A stretch of 64,000 bases of DNA. It comes from Candidatus Multivoradales bacterium. Its GTDB lineage: Bacteria > Acidobacteriota > Thermoanaerobaculia > Multivoradales > JAHEKO01. The stretch's first letter is position 1. Each line of letters starts with the position of its first letter. Below the pieces are notes generated by a model that saw only the letters and a list, made by a program, of their open reading frames with translations, was not told where the DNA came from and ran no database searches. A program made the translations under genes and the position numbers. Positions 60,236-64,000 of the stretch are shown here, one piece after another. The stretch spans positions 224,001-288,000 of the forward strand of contig CBDCXM010000008.1 in NCBI GenBank assembly GCA_965223855.1. The letters run 5' to 3'.

Positions 60236-62360
60236 ACGACGCCTCGAGCTCGGCGAGCAGACGCTTCGCCTCGGCGATCGCCGACTCCCGCCGCGCCTCG
60301 CCCGCCAGTCGGGTGAGCAGTTCCTTCGCCCTCGCCGTCTCGCCGAGTTCAATCCACGCGGAGGCGAGCCCGAGCGTGGCCGCCGGATACGGCTGCTGGT
60401 AGCGCAGGGCGCGCTCGAAAGCGTCGGCCGCCGGCGACGGCCTGCCGGAGCGCATCTCGAGCAGGCCGAGGTTGTAGTGCGCCCGAGCCGAGAAGGGGGC
60501 CACCTCGAGAGAACGCACGAGGGCCTCGCGAGCCTCGTCGAGTCGATCGAGACGGCCGAGAGCGATGCCGAGGCCGATCCAGCTGTCGCGGTGGCTCGGG
60601 TCGATCTCCAGCGTCCGGCGGTAGGCCTCGACGGCGGTCTCCTGGCGCCCCTCCCGGGACTCGAGATCGGCGGTGAGGAACGCCGCCGTCAGGTGAGAGG
60701 GGGCCACCTGCCGCGCCGCGGAGAGCAGGTCGCGTGCCGAGTCGGCCTCACCGCGGTCATACTCGAGCTGGGCGAGCGCCACGAGAGTCTCGGGATCTTC
60801 CGGATCCGCAGCCTGGGCCTGCCGGAAGAGCGAAAACGCGGCTTCGGAGCGGCCCAGCTTGCGCTCGAGATTGGCGAGGCTGCCGAGGAAGGTCGGGTTG
60901 GAGGGATCGAGCGGCACAAGGACGTTCGAGTAGATCTCGGCCGCCTCCCGCAGTTGCCCCCGGCCGGCGAGCGCGTTGGCGAGGTAGTAGTCAGCGAGGA
61001 AGGTGATCCCCTCGTTGGGGCTCCTGAGTCCGGTCGGTTCGCGGGGAGTGAGCTCGGCGTCGCTCGCCGAGCCGCCCGTCAGGTAGCCGAGCGCCTCGAG
61101 CCGGCGGCGCACGTCGTCGGACATCTCTCCCGCGGCCTCGGAGCTGTCGGTCGCCTCCTCCTCGACCCAGCGGAAGAGCAGCCCCTCCATCGCCGCGGCC
61201 CGTTCCGGCTCGCGATCGACGAGGTTGTACAGCTCGTCAGGATCCGACTGGAGGTCGTAGAGCTCCGGTCTCGGCGCGCGGATGTACTTCCAGCCGTCGG
61301 CCCGCACTCCGAAGAGCGACTCCCAGCCGAACGAGAATCTCGGCAGCGCGCACTCGAAGTAGGCGGGACGGCTGCCGAAGCGCCCGCTCGCGGCCTGGAG
61401 GAGGTCGCGTCCGCGAAGGTCGGACCCGCTGTCGAGGCCGCCGAGGGCGGCGAAGGTCGTGAAGATGTCGAGATGGGAGACCGGCTCCTCGATTCTCGCG
61501 GGCGCCGGTCTGCCGCCCGGTGGCTTCACCATCATCGGCACCCGCAGCGTCGCGTCGTAGGCGAGCACCCCGTGCGTGGCCTCGCCGTGCTGACCGAAGC
61601 CCTCGCCGTGATCGGCCGTCACGAGGATCGCGGTGCGCTCCCACTCGCCCCGCTCCCGGATTCGCTCGAAGAGCCGGGCGATCTGCGAGTCCATGAAGGC
61701 GATCTCACCGTCGTAGGGGCTCTGCGGAAAGCGTTGATCGAAGGGTCGCGGTGGGGCGTAGCGCTGGTGCGGATCGTAGTAGTGCACCCAGAGGAAGTAG
61801 GGCTCGCGGCGATCCCCGTCGAGCCACTCGAGCGCCCGATCGGTCGTCTGGTCGGCCGGACGGTCGGTCACCATCTGGTTGTAGATCCTCGCGTCCCGAA
61901 GCTTGCTCTCGCTCCACCGGTCGGTGAAGGCGTCGTCGTAGAGGTCGAATCCGCGATCGAGGCCGAATCGGGAGTCGAGAACGAAGCCGCTGACGAACGC
62001 CGCGGTCTCGAAGCCGCGCTCGCTCAGGAGAACCGGAAGCGTCTCCAGATCGTCCGGCACGACGAATCTGCCGTTGTCCCTCACCCCATGAGCGAGCGGC
62101 GCGAGACCCGAGAGCATCGAAGTGTGCGCCGGGAGCGTGACGGGCACCATCGAGAAGGCGTTGTCGAAGACGAGGCTCTCGGCGCCCAGAGCATCGAGGG
62201 TCGGCGACGTGCCTTCGGGGTAGCCGTAAAGACCGAGGCGATCCGCGCGGGTCGTGTCGAGCGTGACGAGGACGAGGTTGGGCGGCGCTTCCGAGCCGCA
62301 GCCGACGAGCGCAGAGACGCCCAGCGCAACGAGCGCCGCCCGGCGAGTGAGAGCGCTCAT
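60210..62360 (-). CDS. Sulfatase-fold hydrolase/transferase with C-terminal TPRs, lipoprotein (paralog of 31752-33887)
   Basis: Lipobox LVGC; DTTRAD, PVTLPAH, HYYDPH, ADHGE, LEALGY; TPRs; ATGA overlap with the upstream gene. Confidence 0.85.
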   Translation of the reverse strand: MSALTRRAALVALGVSALVGCGSEAPPNLVLVTLDTTRADRLGLYGYPEGTSPTLDALGAESLVFDNAFSMVPVTLPAHTSMLSGLAPLAHGVRDNGRFVVPDDLETLPVLLSERGFETAAFVSGFVLDSRFGLDRGFDLYDDAFTDRWSESKLRDARIYNQMVTDRPADQTTDRALEWLDGDRREPYFLWVHYYDPHQRYAPPRPFDQRFPQSPYDGEIAFMDSQIARLFERIRERGEWERTAILVTADHGEGFGQHGEATHGVLAYDATLRVPMMVKPPGGRPAPARIEEPVSHLDIFTTFAALGGLDSGSDLRGRDLLQAASGRFGSRPAYFECALPRFSFGWESLFGVRADGWKYIRAPRPELYDLQSDPDELYNLVDREPERAAAMEGLLFRWVEEEATDSSEAAGEMSDDVRRRLEALGYLTGGSASDAELTPREPTGLRSPNEGITFLADYYLANALAGRGQLREAAEIYSNVLVPLDPSNPTFLGSLANLERKLGRSEAAFSLFRQAQAADPEDPETLVALAQLEYDRGEADSARDLLSAARQVAPSHLTAAFLTADLESREGRQETAVEAYRRTLEIDPSHRDSWIGLGIALGRLDRLDEAREALVRSLEVAPFSARAHYNLGLLEMRSGRPSPAADAFERALRYQQPYPAATLGLASAWIELGETARAKELLTRLAGEARRESAIAEAKRLLAELEASSTATRPEG

Positions 62361-64000
62361 CGCGCGTCGAGCTCGCGGACGTAGGAGTCGATGGCGCCGG
62401 TGTGAAGTTCGAACTCCTCCTCCTCCAGCAGCCGCGCAGCGACTTCCCGATCGAGGCGTCGCACCTCTTCCGCGGCCAGCGTCGAGATGACGTCGTCCCG
62501 CGCGTCGATCCAGGAGCGGGCCTGCGGCTCTGTCCGGCCGAAGAGCTTCACCAGGGCGTAGCGAGGGTGGGGCCCATCCTGGAAGAGCATCGGCTCGGAA
62601 ACCTCGTCGAGTTCCAGCCCGAGGGCGGCCGTCGTCGCTCGCGTGCCGACGAGCGTCCGGACCCTCGGCAGTGGAAGCATGCCGAGCCTGCCGCCGTCGT
62701 CGGCGCTGCGGTGGTCCGACAACGTCTGCGCCAGCGTCTCGAACGACTCGCCCGACAACAGGCGAGCACGGGCCTGTCTCGCCCGCTCGAGAGCGGCCCG
62801 GCGCCCAGGCCGGCCTTCGCCGTCGACGAGCAGCAGGCCGAGATCGAGTTCGAGCTCGGACCGGAAGCGGTCGCGATGCTCCTCGAAGTAGGCCTTCAGC
62901 TCCCCTTCGGGCCGGGTCTCGACCGACCGTCTCCGCTCCGCACGCCACTGCCGGTCGATGAGGAGGCGTTCGAGCGCTGCCTGCTGCAACTTCCCGAACG
63001 GCTCGGCCAGGGTCGGGTCGGCGTCGAGCGCCTCGCGGGTGAGGAGCACCGCCTCGCCGAACTGCCGCAGCAGCTCACCGGGCTGCGGCAGCCAGAGCAG
63101 CGGCTCGCCGTCCGGAGACAGCCCCTCGAGTTCCGGTGCCGTGAAGCTCTCCTCGCCGACGATGAGAGAGGGCCGACCGGCTGCGGTGGGGTCGAGAAGC
63201 GCCTCACGATCGACGAGGATGGGCGAGACCTCTGCCAGTCCGGCCAGCACCTCTCGGCCGCACTGCTCGAAGGCGGCGAGCCGAAGCGCCTGCTCGAGCT
63301 CCTGGCGTACCTCCTCGAGGGCCGGCCGCACGGTGGTGCCCGACGCCTCTCGCAGAAGCAGGTGCATTCCGTTGCCGGTCTCGACGACGCCGCTCACTTC
63401 TCCGTCGCCGAGCGCCCACGCCGCTTCGAGGACCGTCTCGTCCACCGGTGCGGACCTCGACAGACGCCCGATCAGTCCGCCCTCCTTCGCCGTTTCCGAC
63501 TCGGAATGAAGGCGAGCCAGCTCGAGGAAGCTCGCACCGGCTTCGATCTCCCGGTCGAGATCTTCGAGCCGCTCGCGAGCCGCGGCTCGCTCTTGCGGAT
63601 CGGCACCGGCGCGCCTGTAGATATGCCGCAGGAGGATCCACTCCTGTCGGGGCTCGGGATGGCGCTTGCGCCACGCCGCCTCGATCTGCTCCTCGGGCAC
63701 CTCGACGTCGCCGCACCTCCGCGCCATGTACCCTCTGCCGATCTCGCGACTGGCCCCGAAGCGGGTTCTCAGGCGATCCGCCGCGGTCACGCTCTGGGAC
63801 TGTTCCGCCCGGCGGCTGACGATCTCCTCCACCGCGAGCTCGCGCACCCGCTCGGAGACCCAGTCCGTCAGCGAGGAGGCCTCGGCAGCTTGACGCTCTG
63901 GGGCGCTCGCCGCACGCACGCCGGCGTCGAGAGCCTCGACGGTGATCCGGCCTCCCCGCCACGAAGCGAGGGCGCCGGTCTCGTCAGGCGGCTCGCAGCC
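62357..64000 (-). CDS. Tandem parvulin foldase lipoprotein, 5' end outside the window
   Basis: Frame is open to the edge (GCEPPDETGALASWRGGRIT); FLELARLHSESETAKEGGLIG and FETLAQTLSDHRSADDGGRLG. Confidence 0.85.
   Translation of the reverse strand, partial: GCEPPDETGALASWRGGRITVEALDAGVRAASAPERQAAEASSLTDWVSERVRELAVEEIVSRRAEQSQSVTAADRLRTRFGASREIGRGYMARRCGDVEVPEEQIEAAWRKRHPEPRQEWILLRHIYRRAGADPQERAAARERLEDLDREIEAGASFLELARLHSESETAKEGGLIGRLSRSAPVDETVLEAAWALGDGEVSGVVETGNGMHLLLREASGTTVRPALEEVRQELEQALRLAAFEQCGREVLAGLAEVSPILVDREALLDPTAAGRPSLIVGEESFTAPELEGLSPDGEPLLWLPQPGELLRQFGEAVLLTREALDADPTLAEPFGKLQQAALERLLIDRQWRAERRRSVETRPEGELKAYFEEHRDRFRSELELDLGLLLVDGEGRPGRRAALERARQARARLLSGESFETLAQTLSDHRSADDGGRLGMLPLPRVRTLVGTRATTAALGLELDEVSEPMLFQDGPHPRYALVKLFGRTEPQARSWIDARDDVISTLAAEEVRRLDREVAARLLEEEEFELHTGAIDSYVRELDAR

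Overview
High-GC bacterial chromosome segment. The Cys-rich insert near the RpoB N-terminus and the accessory gene content suggest Acidobacteriota (inference). Most of it is the minus-strand translation/transcription supercluster: tRNA-Thr, tuf, tRNA-Trp, secE, nusG, rplKAJL, rpoBC, then str, S10, spc and alpha. The cluster is altered in four ways: rpsN and rpmG are absent from their usual positions, about 11.4 kb of envelope genes separate rpoC from rpsL, and about 11 kb separate tRNA-Gly(TCC) from tRNA-Thr(GGT). The accessory blocks encode four tandem-parvulin (SurA/PrsA-like) foldases, two sulfatase-fold/TPR lipoproteins with Thr replacing the formylglycine Cys/Ser, a CRTAC1/ASPIC-UnbV plus TPR lipoprotein pair, three GT-C-type membrane glycosyltransferases, a GT2, a Ser/Thr kinase, an outer-membrane barrel, and a c-type cytochrome lipoprotein on a ~110-residue Thr/Ser stalk. 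The best candidates for an undescribed system are (i) the stalked cytochrome + barrel + lipid-linked glycosylation locus and (ii) the twice-occurring foldase + Thr-sulfatase-TPR cassette. Non-coding features of note are 116-bp tandem repeats carrying an inverted copy of the tRNA-Gly 3' end and a terminator-containing rpsL leader. Two single-base frameshifts (rplA, DUF2079) are probably assembly errors. No CRISPR array, integrase, transposase or rRNA was seen. All family calls come from motif recognition by eye, without database searches.
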